Assembly (NCBI GenBank): GCA_013239625.1
Contig: MU054187.1
Location: 18,902,711-18,966,710 of the forward strand
DNA: 64,000 bases
Reading direction: 5' to 3'
From: Lama guanicoe
Lineage: Eukaryota
Below the pieces are notes generated by a model that was not told the DNA's origin, made no database searches, and worked only from the letters and a program-made list of their open reading frames with translations. How positions within the stretch are numbered: position 1 is the first letter of the stretch; every line of letters begins with the position of its first letter. The translations under genes were made by a program, and so were the position numbers. This document shows, in pieces, positions 40,116 to 52,549 of this stretch.

Positions 40116-41609
40116 GTTCCTTATAACCACATTAACAAAGAACTATTAAAGCCACGAAGCAGGACTATGAGATGGATTTGCATTATGGTAGTGGAATATT
40201 TTTTTCTTATTTTTCCCTACATTCTGTAAAGGTGATTACATTATTATTATAAAAATTATGCAATACAACTGTTAACTGTTCCAGTTAATAAAACTGGAAG
40301 AAACAGAAAGAAAAAAAACAATTTTTAAGTACTCAACAATGCTTAAACCCAGCAGGAGAGAATAGAGACCATCTTGAGCTACTGGCTAAAATGAAGTGAC
40401 ACAGAAATATGGAGAAAGTCTTGACAGAGGTCCTCCCTATGTCACATTAGTCAAATTCAAAAGGGACACAGAGGTGACTTCCATCACTGGACACAGTCCC
40501 CTTACAAATAAACTGTATTCCCATTCCTAATTTTCCTCAAAACAGTCTTTGCTTGACTTCATCGAATTCCTTCACATTCTCAAACTCTTCACACAAACTG
40601 GAGTTTTAAAAAGGCATTCTGTTTATAAGTGGGAGTAAATCATGTTTTACTTTAATTTAGGAAACAGCAAATGCACATTAGGAGTTGCAAAGCTGTTTTT
40701 GAGAATATGAGATTCAGTCTACATAAAGAAATATGAAGGAAATATGAAGATATGATAACATCAGAAGTAAGCTCGGTTTTGAGAGAAAAAACTTAAAGCT
40801 AGTGTAGGAAAGCTAGTAAGAAGTAGAAGTGGAATTTGCAAAATAGATGGAGTTGAACCACAAACTTTTCAGACAAGTGTTGGTACAAACAGACTATGAA
40901 TAAAAATCAAGTTAACCTGGGGTGGCTGGGAGAAGGGGGTATTGTGGGTTTCCAGAGTGGTCTGGGCTTACACATCTGCAGGCTTTTTGGCTTGTTCTTC
41001 TGTCATAAGCATGTTATTGAGCTGTAATTTACATGTGTACTTGGGATATGAACTCAGATTTTAGAGACTGTCAAGAAACAGTTCTTGCTTTCTCCTCCTG
41101 CTTAAACAAGTTTAATCCTGGATGATTTTGATTTACCTGTTGAACACACACTTGCTTAAAAAGATTATTCTAGATACAAGTAACAAATAACAGGCTGATG
41201 CAAAATTTATATAAAATGGTGTTTTAAAATGTTCATTTTGCCTTCTACCCTGCAAGCATCCAAAATAATTCCATTAAAATTATATTCATTTCCCACATAT
41301 GAAAACCAATATTCCTGAAATTCTGGCTGATATCATTTGGAGTCATCAATTATTATTTGCATACATTTGGAATAAAGACAAATGGCAAGTAATACTATCT
41401 GTGCTCTGCCTGAAGCCAATTTTTTCTGAAGAGTACCATTAAAAAGTATTGTTCTCTGGGCAAATCCATTTCCTAGGCCTGATATGTGGCTGTAATAGTT
41501 CTTTGTTAATATGGCTATAAGAAACTCTTCACAAAGTAACCAATCGGGTATAACATCGTTTATCCATTTCTCATCCCACAAGCATTTCTCTCTTTGACCA
41601 AAAAAAGTA

Positions 41610-41856
41610 TAGGAGAGGTGAGGGGGAGGAATAAATGGAGAGTCTGGGATTAACATATATATATATATACTTATATATATTATTATATATAAGACAGATA
41701 AACAAGGACTTACTGTATAGTACAGGGAACTATATTCAATATCTTGTAATAACTTATAATGGAAAGGAATCTGAAAAAGAATATATATATGTATAACTGA
41801 ACGACTTTGCTGTACATCCGAAACTAACACAACATTGCAACATCAACTATACTTCA
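41610..41856 (+). mobile_element. Short L1 3'-end insertion inside a candidate exon of pseudogene A
   Basis: L1 3' UTR (actgtatagtacagggaactatattcaatatcttgtaataac); TSD aaaaaaagta on both sides. Confidence 0.88.
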
Positions 41857-42789
41857 AAAAAAAGTACTAGATTGTTTGCAGAATATATCTTGTTAATGGT
41901 TCTTAAAAAAAAACTCCTCTTCTTCCTTATAGAAACAATTTCAATCAAATTTCCCTCACACCTTCTGTGCAAGCATCATCCTTCCCTGATAGAAGACGTA
42001 CACACTGGGGGCTTCCTGGTCTTTTCCAACGGTAGTTCCCATGATCAGGACTCTACGGGTACAGTCTACATCAATTATTTCACTAATGACTATGGAGAAT
42101 CTAGGGAGTACATGTCTGTCATTCAGCTGTTATACACGATTCAAATACATCACGAGCCAAGTGCTTTGGAGATGATTCATGCTTGAGTCAGGTGCTTGAT
42201 TCACACCTACTCTTCCTTTGACAGTAAGTAATCCTTCAAGCTCTAATTTTATGATGTAATTTTAGTAGTGGAATTAACCTGGAACAACTCAAAATTATAT
42301 AATTAATTACATTCAGCTTCAATTATAATTACTGTTTAATCCCACAGAAATCTGGTACACACAATGGCAGTCAGGGTGGATGGTGAGACTCTTTCAGCCT
42401 ACTGGTTCATAGGCACCCACTAATTATATAAATTGTATTTATTTGCTAAAAAACTCTCAGGGATTAGTCAAGTGCATGCCATTTATTTGGAACTGAGGGC
42501 TTGGAGAAGTTAAGGTACAGAGAGTGAAGGGAACTACTTTCAGTAATTTCTAATTATGTTCCCCTTAACATTCATTTTGAAAAGGTTTAATTGATGTATT
42601 TTTTAAGGTTTCTTTAGTCATATAAATTTGATTTATGCTGAATTTAAAAATTAAATAACTTTCTGTACTATAGAGTTCCTTGGTCTTTGATATGTTAATG
42701 TATGTTGAGAATCTCCGAGATGGGAGATATAAAATGTTTCCTAAACTCTTTGAACAGAGAACACCCTCTCCTTTAAACAACAGCAATAG

Positions 42790-44030
42790 CAACTTTATGG
42801 AAGTATAATTTACATGCCATGAAATTCACTTGTTTCAGAGGTACAATTAAATGATTTTTCAGTGAATTTATAGGGTTGTACCACCATCACTAAAGTCCAA
42901 GTTTAGAACATTTTCATTACCTCAAAAACATCTCTTGTTCCCATTTGCCATTACTCTGAACTCCCACCTCCAGCCCTAGGCAGCCACTAATCTACTTTGT
43001 CTTAATAGATTTGCCTCTTCTGGAAATTTTACATAAATGGACTCATACAGTACTTGTATTCTGAGTCTAGCTTCTTTCACTAAGCACATTTTTGAGGTTC
43101 ACTTTGTAGAATGTACCAGTACTTCTTTTTATTGACAAATAGTATTCCATATAGATATACATTCTTTAAAATCCACTCATGAGTTTATGGGCATTTGGAT
43201 TGTCCACTTTTTGGCTGTGAATGACGCTGCAGAACATTCATATGTCCAAGTCTATGTATGAACATACATTTTCATTTCTCTTGGGTATATATTTAGGATT
43301 GAAGTTGTGAATCATATGGTGACTTTATGTTTAATTAAAAAAAAACTTCCAAAGTGCTTTTCCAAAATGGCTGCACTATTTTGCACTCCCACCAGCAGTG
43401 TATGAGAGCTCCAATTTCTCCACATCCTCACCAACTAGTCATCTTAGTGGATGTGTTGTGCTATTTCAATTGGGGTTTTGATTTGGATTACCTGGTGGCT
43501 AACAAAGTTGAGAATCTTTGTGTGTCTGTTGGCCATTCACTTTTCTTTGTTCAAAATGTCTTTCAAATTTTTTGCCCATTTAAAATTGGGTTCTTTTCTT
43601 ATTATTGCATTGCAAAAGTTCCTTGTATTCTGGATATAAGATCTGAATCAAATATGACTTGCAAATATTTTCCCCTCTTCTCGTTTCACTTTCTTTTGGT
43701 ATCTTTTCAAACATAAACATTTAAAATTTTTATTGAGTTCAACATATCAAATTTTTTTCTTTTATTGGTTGTGCTTTTTTGTTATTTCCAAGAAAGTTAT
43801 GAAGATTTACTCTTATGTTTTCTTCTAAAACTTTTGTAATTTTAGCTCTGGATGGATAATTCATTTGGTGTTAAATTTTGAGTATGATGAGCAGTAAAGG
43901 TTTAAGTATATCTTTTTGCATGTGGATATCCAACCGTCCCAGCACCCCGTTTGTTGAAAAGACTATCCTTTCCCTATTGAATTGCCTTGGCACCTTTGTT
44001 GAAAAGCAATTGAGCATAAATGTAAGAGTC
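42790..44030 (-). mobile_element. Old L1 (L1MB-like) fragment
   Basis: Antisense L1 motifs, e.g. ttccaaaatggctgcactattttgcactcccaccagcagtgtatgag and ttgttgaaaagactatcctttccc. Confidence 0.9.
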
Positions 44031-44667
44031 TTTAATATGTTAATGTATGTTGTGAATCTCCAACAGGGAGGATATAAAATGTTTCCCAAAATGTTTTTAA
44101 CAAGGAATTTTCCTCCATCCCTCCCACACCCCCCCTCTTTTTTTAAACACAGGCTTTCACACAGGTCCTCACTGCTGACCACACAACAAACTTGAGGGAA
44201 TGCTTCTCTAAGGTGCTCAGGGCTCTAACTTTTACTTGCAACTAACTTCGTTGCTTGTTTTTAGCGGCTAGGAGGCTGAGCATTGTATTTGAAGCTGCAA
44301 AACCAAAGGCATCATTTCTAGTAATATGCTTACGTAAGTACAGTAAGACATTGCACTACGCAGAAATGCATGTAAAGGCTGTTGAAAATACTTGTTATTA
44401 ATTAGATCCGTATTTTACACATATTTAGAAAGAAAAGGGGGTTTCTCACAGGCATAATGGATGAAACCTTGAAGTATGGAGGATTCTGTTACCGTGTTTT
44501 TACATTTTGGGGGTAATGCATCTTGCTTGATCATGATATCTGACAGAAGTACATATCATTAGTAAGGTATTAAAGACTTATTTGCATATACTTTATCATA
44601 TATATATATATATGCACACACATATGTTGGGGGTGTATTTTTTTTCCTTTTAAAAACTAGTAGATTT

Positions 44668-44803
44668 TAAGGGGGGTGGGTATAGCTCAAGCAGTAGAGT
44701 GCATGCCTAGCATGCACAACGCCTGGGTTCAATCCCCAGCACCTCCTCTAAAAAATAAGTAAAACCTAATTACCTCCCCCCACCAAAAAAAAAAAGAAAA
44801 AAA
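44668..44803 (+). mobile_element. tRNA-derived SINE (Vic-1-like) with 14-bp TSD
   Basis: gggtatagctcaagcagtagagtgcatg...ctgggttcaatccccag; TSD aaaactagtagatt. Confidence 0.9.
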
Positions 44804-45859
44804 ACTAGTAGATTCTGTCTTAATGTTCTTATTTAATGAACTATAATGCAAAATGTTGGATAATTGCTTAAACGACCTTGTTAGAATGACAATGCTATTT
44901 TAGCATTATATTACTACAGCAAACAAAAAAAGTACAAAAATAAAAACTGAAATTAAAATGAGTGTGTCTTTATCACCTTGTATTTCTCTGTAGAACAGAA
45001 GACTATAGATAGAGGTCAATGATGAGAGGGAAAAAATGTACACTCTCATGGAGAGAATGCGTCATCATAAATCTTGAAAAGTAGACCAAAAGGCCTTTGT
45101 CAGTGCTCTAAACACAGAGCCTGGTGAATGTCGCTGACCGACTGACAAGCAGACGACTCCAGGGAAGGCCTGAGGTTCTAGAAACCCACTGAAAATGACA
45201 GTGTAAGCCAAGTATGTAGGTGTTCTACCAGCGTAGGCGGAAGTGCATTCAGAGTCCTAACCGACGTGTTGATTTTCTAACCATGCCTCCTTCTGCTAGT
45301 GATCTAGCGTTCTTTTTAAAAACCTACTGTTGTTTTTTTTTTTGACGATCTAAGATGGCATTATGTTTCTCCTTATATATAAGAAGTAACTGCATACCTA
45401 AGTTTCCAAATAGATAACAATAATACTTCTGGATATTCTATCATGCCAAACAAAATTTGTAGCAGAAAATTTATTTTCTTGTGAAACTGCAGCCATATCT
45501 AGGACAGGATTCAGAATGTAAAGCACCGCCTTCCTCTTTGTAAGGGTTTGTGTTCTGTCTAGTTTTGAGACAGTCTGTCTAGTTTTGAGAAATGGCCCTT
45601 GTCCATTTTTAGTCTCACTATATTTTTAAAGGAACTTAAGCGTTCATTTTAGCTTATACATTTCAAACCTTTTTAGGATGGACTTTAGTAATTAGCTAAT
45701 TTACAGAAATTTAACTTGTATTCTATTTTCATTTGTCACCTGAAACCATACCCGATGTTTGCTCAGCATTTAAGATTCCCCCCTCCCACCTCCCAGGACA
45801 CTTGGAAACTTTCAGGCTCCTTCCCCCTAGAGAGGCCATGTACAGATTTTGTTTTTAAC

Positions 45860-46400
45860 CGTCTTCTCTTTGTCCGGTGTGCGTGGTCTAGTTTTTTCTT
45901 TCTTTTCGGGAGGTTAGGCTTACCTACAAAGCCCTGCCGTCGAGGGAGACGCGCTCTGCCGCGACGCTGCCGCGTTGAACAGTCACAGCGCTGCCCTCCG
46001 TGACCTCGTCGACCCCCGCGCGCGGTGGGCGGGCGTTGATGACGTCACGCCCAGATGCTCCGGCCAGTGGGATGGTTACCTCCGAGTTACCGCCTCCGGG
46101 GCTGGCGGGCGTGGGTGGGTGGGTCAGGGACGGAGAGTTTGGATTTCACACCAGTGTCAGGCATCCACTTTTCTGCCTATGGGGGAAATCTCTTTTCAGC
46201 CTGGCCCAAAGTTTTGCTCAAGGAGGAAATAAAACTCCCCTTCCATCTGCGCAGCTGGACAGTTTCAGAAAGAGTAGGGGCAGCAGGCTGATCAGAGCCT
46301 GGGGCCAACAGGAAGCCGCTCCCTCGGCGCTGGAAATAAGGGGCGGGAATTCGCCTATCATTCCCAGGAGTATCGAAGTCTGGGAGAGTTTCCTCCTTCA
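45860..46400 (-). promoter_or_regulatory. Small CpG-island promoter with palindromic CRE and GC box; probable TSS of a minus-strand transcript
   Basis: CpG-dense 45930-46130; TGACGTCA 46040-46047; GGGCGGG 46027-46033; minus-strand donor TAG|gtaagc at 45924/45923. Confidence 0.75.
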
Positions 46401-47914
46401 AGCAAGCAGCCCTAAACTGAAGTAAGAAAGCTGCCTCCTCCCAGGGACTACACAGGAGCCATCGCCCGTGGAGGGCCCAGGAGAATTTGGATGGCAAGAA
46501 GAATCCAGTCAGTGATGGGGATTATTCTGTTGCACACGTGGCTAAGATTTTTACGAGAGTGAGGAGAGATTGGAAATTAATATATTTGCAATCATATATC
46601 AGCCAGGTATTGTAAAGTGCTTATAGTTCTTATTCTGCAGTGTCGGTTCAATCATAACATCAGTTACATTCTTTCGTTATCTTTATGAAGCTCTGATGCA
46701 AAGAACTCCTACCATGTTTTTATAGAAACAGGTATGGGCTGGCGAAACTCCCATATCACTGTAAGTAACCAGGAAGTTGTTTTTCAGTCTGTTTTCCTTG
46801 GTGCTACAACACTTGCAGTAATGCATATAGTCAATGAATGATGACATGGGTAAAAAATCACCAGCAAATTGGTAAATTCCAGTAAACTGACAATATATTC
46901 CTATTTGGTTACTTACGCTCTTCACATCTCCATTCCTTCTATTTACTTTGCAAAGAGAAAAGCCCTTTGAACCCAAACATTTATTGACCCCAGAACCAGA
47001 CAAGTCACAGAAGAGGCCACAGGGAAGGCAACTGTCTCAGCATCTACTTCTAGCATAAGCAGAATTGCAGGGAGTCACTGCTCAGGAGCAGTTAAGCCAA
47101 ATTGGCAGTTTTCCCCACACAGCTGAAAGATTGGATTTGAAAAGCACCTTCATACAGCCAGCCAGTCAAAATAGAAGTACAACATATTTACCAAATTGAA
47201 TGTGAGTGATCTTTGAATTGTTCTCACTGTAGATTCTCTTGAATTATCTTAAAGAAATGTATGCATTTTGATGAAATAAGGAGGAGAGAAGAGGTAGGTT
47301 GTGAAATGAACAGAAATAGAGGCTCCTATCCTGATAGTATCTTCCTACAATGGGAAATTTTTTCAGAGGAAGATGAGATTAAATTAAACCAGGAAAAAAA
47401 AAACCAGGAAGGGTTCCCATGCAAGGTTAATTTATACTATGTCCTTTATTTGCTTAGATACATTGAGGGGGTGGGGAAAAATTCCCCTAATTACTTATAA
47501 CCCATTTATTGATACTTCTTATATATTCTCTGTTTTCTAACTTTCAGAAGTATGGACAGAAACATTTTCACTGATTAGAAAATAAAAAATTAATTTTGAT
47601 TTCTAAGAAAGTAGAGGATTTGAGGGTACCTAAAAGTGAGGCTCATGACTGTAAAACTTGGATTTCAGGGTGTTGTTTGAAAGGCAAGTAGTATTTATAC
47701 ATACTCATGGGTACATCACTTTATGATCACTAACGTCTGTCTGAATCAGCTCTTAACCTCAACGTTGCACTGCTTTGGGGAAACATCACACTTTTTATAC
47801 CCAAGAAACTTAAGTGGTTTTTTTTTTTGGAAAATAGTAAATAGGTTTTGAAACCCTCAAAATATTTGTTCTGCTTAGAAACTAAAAGGGACTCTTTTGT
47901 TTGAGAAATTGTGA

Positions 47915-48410
47915 TAGATTAAAGATGACTGTAAATTCTTTGTCACCACTTCCCCTCCCACAGAGGTCAAATTTATTTCCCCTCCTTTTGATTGTGGGCT
48001 GACCCTGGGACTACTTAATGCATAGAAGGTGGCACAGGGATGCTGTGCCAGCTCTAGACGTGAGCCGTAAGAAGGCCTGGATGTTTCTATTTTCTGTTTC
48101 TTTTGGGAACCCCAAACTACCTCACAGAGAGGCCATGTGTCCTGCATGGAGAGACCACATGACTTGCTGACCTCGTCGGTGGGAGCCCTCCACATCCTTG
48201 AAGCCATCCTTTGGAAGACACCAGTTCTAGCCTTCTCCAGTTCCAGCCATCCTTTGGAAGATGGAGAGTTTCGATCTCACACCAATCAAGGGAGACCAGC
48301 AGAACTGCCCTTTGAGCTGTCAGCCCACAGTATCTAGAAAGCAAACAAAGTGATTGCCATTTTAAGCCACTAAGTTTGGGGTAATTTGTTCCGTAGCAAG
48401 AAATAGCCAC
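47915..48410 (+). mobile_element. MaLR (MLT1-type) solo LTR
   Basis: ttaaagatgactg...cagaactgccc...gagctgtcagcccacag...ttttaagccactaagtttggggtaatttgttccgtagcaa. Confidence 0.85.
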
Positions 48411-48702
48411 AAGAGAAAGCAAGCCATGCACTGTCACCTATAAATCTTGGTGAACAGGGAATGGCTTTGTCTTGTTGGAAAGACAGCTAGACTTGCTTCT
48501 CTAGATTAAGTTCTGGTTGATGATTTATCATGAGTTGCATAGGGCTCAGGCAAGGGCTTCTGAGTTAGGGAGGGTGGGGAGATGGGGTCAGAAAAGATGA
48601 TGCAGAGTGGGGAGTAGGGGGCAGGGGATGGCATTCCTGGCCTGGGGTTCTGGTGGCAGACATGAGGAATTAAATAAATGCTGAGAATAAAACCAATGAC
48701 CA

Positions 48703-48886
48703 TAGGTAAACAACAAGCTCCTACTGTATAGCACAGGGACTATATTCCATATCTTGTAAAACCTATAATGAAAAAGAATATATATGTATATATATGTATA
48801 ACTGAATCACTATCCTGTACATCAGAAACTAACACAACATTGTAAATCAACTGTACTTCAATTAAGAAATAAAAGAAAACAAAAAC
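48703..48886 (+). mobile_element. Short L1 3'-end insertion with TSD
   Basis: L1 3' UTR plus A-rich tail; TSD accaatgacca. Confidence 0.85.
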
Positions 48887-49854
48887 ACCAATGACCAAGG
48901 CAGAGTGTCAGATGTGGGGATGGGGTGGGGAGAAATGATAAAATAAATGCCTGATAATTCACATAAAAATGTTTATTCATATGCTGCATGAAACTATCTA
49001 CCCCACTACACTTTTGGAAATACTGCCTAGAAGTAACACCCTTTTTATATCTTGTGGCTCCTTCTGAAGAATTTCTTCATGAGAAAGTAAACACATAGGG
49101 ATTTTCTCATCTTTTAAAAACTGAGATATATTTTCTTACTTAATGAAACCCAGATCTTCCTTCATTGCTCCACATGGCAGTCACACGTGGCCCCATTACA
49201 ATTAGACAGGCAGAGGGGAATAGCTTGGCTGTGTCCTAAAGATTTAACATGTAGAGTTTCATTTCATAACTTAAAAAATTATTTATTCGTGAGACTGTTT
49301 CTTCCCTTACATAGTGGTTACACGAGCATTTTCTTATTCTCAAGCAATTCATTATTTGGGCTGTTTTTTAAAAATACTAAAATTGTGTTTAGTCTGAGGA
49401 GTATCTACCCGATTTGTGTTTTATTGTATGATGCATTTCTTCTTTTTTATATACTTACCATGGAATTGTGGAATTTTACAGCTGTGAGCAGTCATGGAAA
49501 TCACTTAGTTCTTAACCAATCATTCCATTTGGTAACGGTGGCCCAGAGTGAGTCATTTTTGCATATGATTTCTCAAAAAGATCCCATTTCTTATGATGTA
49601 GCAGTTCTTTCAGCCGAGGAAGGTTCATTATGCCGTAAAGGTGAGCAACAGCCTGGACACCATCACTGGACTTTCTTACTAGTAAACCTTCTCTAGAATG
49701 CAGAAAGATTTAGACAAAATCTACCCACTAGGACCTGGTCATCCAAAGTCCTGCCCCTCGAGGCATCTGTGTAATGGTGTGCACCCATCAGTAAAGGCTT
49801 CCCACTCTGAGCTGAGATGTAGACTGGTGGTGAGATTCCTGCTTTTCTTTTAAA

Positions 49855-49926
49855 AAGAAATTAATTAATGTAGTTGATTTACAATGTTGTGTTAGTTTCA
49901 GGTGTACAGCAAAGGGATTCAGTTAT

Positions 49927-49959
<33 letters not shown>

Positions 49960-50740
49960 TATATATACACTTTTCCAGATTCTTTTCCATTATAGCTTAT
50001 TACAAGATATTGAATATAGTTCCCTATGCTATACAGTAGGTCCTTGTTGTTTATCTATTTTATATGTAATGGTGTGTATATGTTAATCCCAAACTCCTAA
50101 TTTATTCCTCCCCCACCCCAGCTCTATCCCCTTTAGTAACCATAGTTTGTTTTCTATGTCTGTAAGTTTATTTCCAGTTTGTAAATAAATTCATTTGTAT
50201 CATTTTAAAAAATATTCCCCATATAAGTGATAAAATATGATATTTATCTTTCTCTGTCTGACTTATTTCACTTAGTATGTTCATCTCTAGATCCATATTG
50301 CTGCAAATGGCATTATTTCATTCTTTTTTATGGCTGAGTAATATTCCATTGTGTATATATACCACAACTTTTTTATCCATTCTTCTGTCGATGGATATTT
50401 AGGTTGCTTCCATGTCTTGGCTATTGTAAATAGTGCTGCTGTGAACATTGGGGTGCTTGTATCTTTTCAAATTAGTGTTTTCTCCAAATATATGCCCAGG
50501 AGGGGGATTGCTGGATCATATGATAATTCTATTTTTAGTTTTTTAAGGAACCTCCATACTGTTCTCCACAGAGGCTGCACTGATTTACATTCCCATCAAC
50601 AAAGTAGGAGGGTTCCTTTTTTCCCACACCCTCTCCAGCATTTATGACTTGTAGACTTTTGAATGATGGCCATTCTGACTGGTGTGAGGTGATATCTCAT
50701 TGTAGTTTTGATTTGCATTTCTCTGATAATTAGCAATATT
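49855..50740 (-). mobile_element. L1 3' fragment (antisense) containing a (CA)n tract
   Basis: ORFs 49874.. and 50351.. are the typical antisense L1 peptides; attctgactggtgtgaggtgatatctcattgtag motif. Confidence 0.95.
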
Positions 50741-52549
50741 GCCTGCTCTTCCTTTTTTCACTCTGTGCCTTGGTCCTTGATACACTTGGATGGCATGCAG
50801 CATGTTACAACTGAAAACTGTACAGAGAGTTCTGCCGCAGATGAGGTGTGTGACCCCAGGCAAGGCACTTATTAACATCTTTACTGGACTGGATTAGATG
50901 ATCTCTAAGATAAACAAGAAAAAAAACCCCACAGATGCTTAATTTAATCCTAAAAAGGAGACGATTTTTTTTAAACTTTTGTTTTTGAAAGAAGATACTG
51001 TACTTAATTGCATTGCAGTAATTCAGCCTTCCTTCCAGCCCCTTAAGCCAGAAGCATGAAGAATGGAAGAGGAATTCATGGAAGAGCAATGTTCTATCCC
51101 ACGACAGCATGAAAGAATTGTGAAATTGGGGCTGCAGAAAGCAGAGAACACATTTATTATTATTTTTAAAATAATGGGAATGAGTAGCAGTTAACATGGA
51201 ACAAGGAAGAAAGTATATTTTGGAGAATCTGGAAATCAAGATATGAGGAGTTGAAACATGATGTGGCAAGCACAGGGATTCTGTAGGAGATTGCCTTCCT
51301 AGCTCATAACAAACCCCTTTCTCGGAGAGGGACATTTCACCCTATTTAGAATCAACATTCTCAACTCCAGATGATTAGTTCAGAGGTGAACCCTTGGCTG
51401 AGTTGGATCGGTCGCATTTTTTTGCCCTCATATTTTGAAATGAGATTCAATGAGTAGTGTTCCTGGGACTAAGGTGATATATATTAAACTTTTCTTTGAC
51501 CTCATTGAGCACATGTTTAGAGGAGCAGCAAAACTAGTCCACAGAGGTGAAAAGTTAGGTGCTTCGTGGAGAGAAATAGAGACAAAAGGCAGATATGAGG
51601 AGGGCATTCTGTCTTACTCCTGATGACTTTCAGGTTTGGGACCAAGTCCTTTCTGGCACCAGGGTGCACCTGCCTTTTGGGCGCCATGAACTATGTCTAT
51701 GGCCCTGAATCTCTACAGTAAACTCCCTGGGTAAACATTGTTAGTGCATCATATAAAAAGGGCCAGGAACATTCTTGTACAGTTTAGGCTAAGGGGGGAG
51801 ATCAGCAAAGATAAAACATGTCCTTGGTCTGGAAGTCTGGTTCTTAGACAGCAGAGGAAAGAGTGAATCCCAGCAAAACTGAATCTGTCAGCTTCACAGG
51901 GTCTTTGCACAAGCTGCCCCGTACCTCCCCGCCATCTCTCTTCCTCCCCAGCGCTCCCCAAGGTTGACTCACCACCTCGGGAGGCCTTTCCTCCACAATC
52001 CCAGCCTTTCTATCCCTGATTTTCCCTCACACCAGAAAGAAATAGACGAATGATTTCCAAATTAGCAAATTTCAAAAAATTAGGATCCTTCGATTTGATT
52101 TAATATTAAAGTATTAGTCTTCCATCTTTATTTCAAGTTTAAACTAGTCAGTTAGCTAAGAATTTTTCTCTCCTATTCTTCAATTCACCTTATAAGCAAT
52201 GATCATCCCCTCGATTCTATTAGGCCAAAACTTTTGGTTCAAAACTGAAAACCGTAGTCAGTTCTCCAGATATTCTTAAGCATGTCTGGATGCCTAACAG
52301 ATAACCTCTGCTTTCCACCCGATTCTAGGTAAAAAGAGATGATGTTATCTAAAACTTCTCTCCGCAAGGAAAGCCAGCAATACCCTTAGCTCCGAGGCTT
52401 CTTCCAGCGGCACAAAGAGTGTCACAGGAACACAAAGTAGAAGACGGGAAACTCTAAATGGCTGAAAAGTGCTTGTTCACTTGTACTTCTCCTTGGGAGT
52501 CTCCACTCGCTAATCACTGGGATGGAAGGATGAAGAGGAAGGATGGAGA

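Larger units (their letters stand above)
23400..46020 (-). pseudogene. Candidate unitary pseudogene A, tentatively SYCP2/SYCP2L-like; may persist as a spliced lncRNA
   Basis: Minus-strand exon chain: 45924-~46020 (non-coding, TAG|gtaagc), 41137-41925 (L1-split), 40506-40597, 39283-, 38995-39111, 38763-, ~34.3-34.45k, ~33.3-33.43k, 32112-32151, 31574-31774, 30834-30994, 29410-29441, 29222-29284, 28865-29095, 28752-28790, 28656-, 24946-25807, 24272-24371, 24068-~23400. Many junctions are phase-compatible; in-frame stops and frameshifts occur throughout. Confidence 0.65.

Noticed and set aside
45554..45590. Short tandem duplication tctgtctagttttgaga x2, plus (TA)n/(CA)n microsatellites elsewhere
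   Set aside because: Ordinary slippage products.
49187..49696. 169-aa plus-strand ORF
   Set aside because: Starts at GTG, hydrophobic AT-rich composition, includes MIR-like sequence; the opposite strand looks more exon-like.
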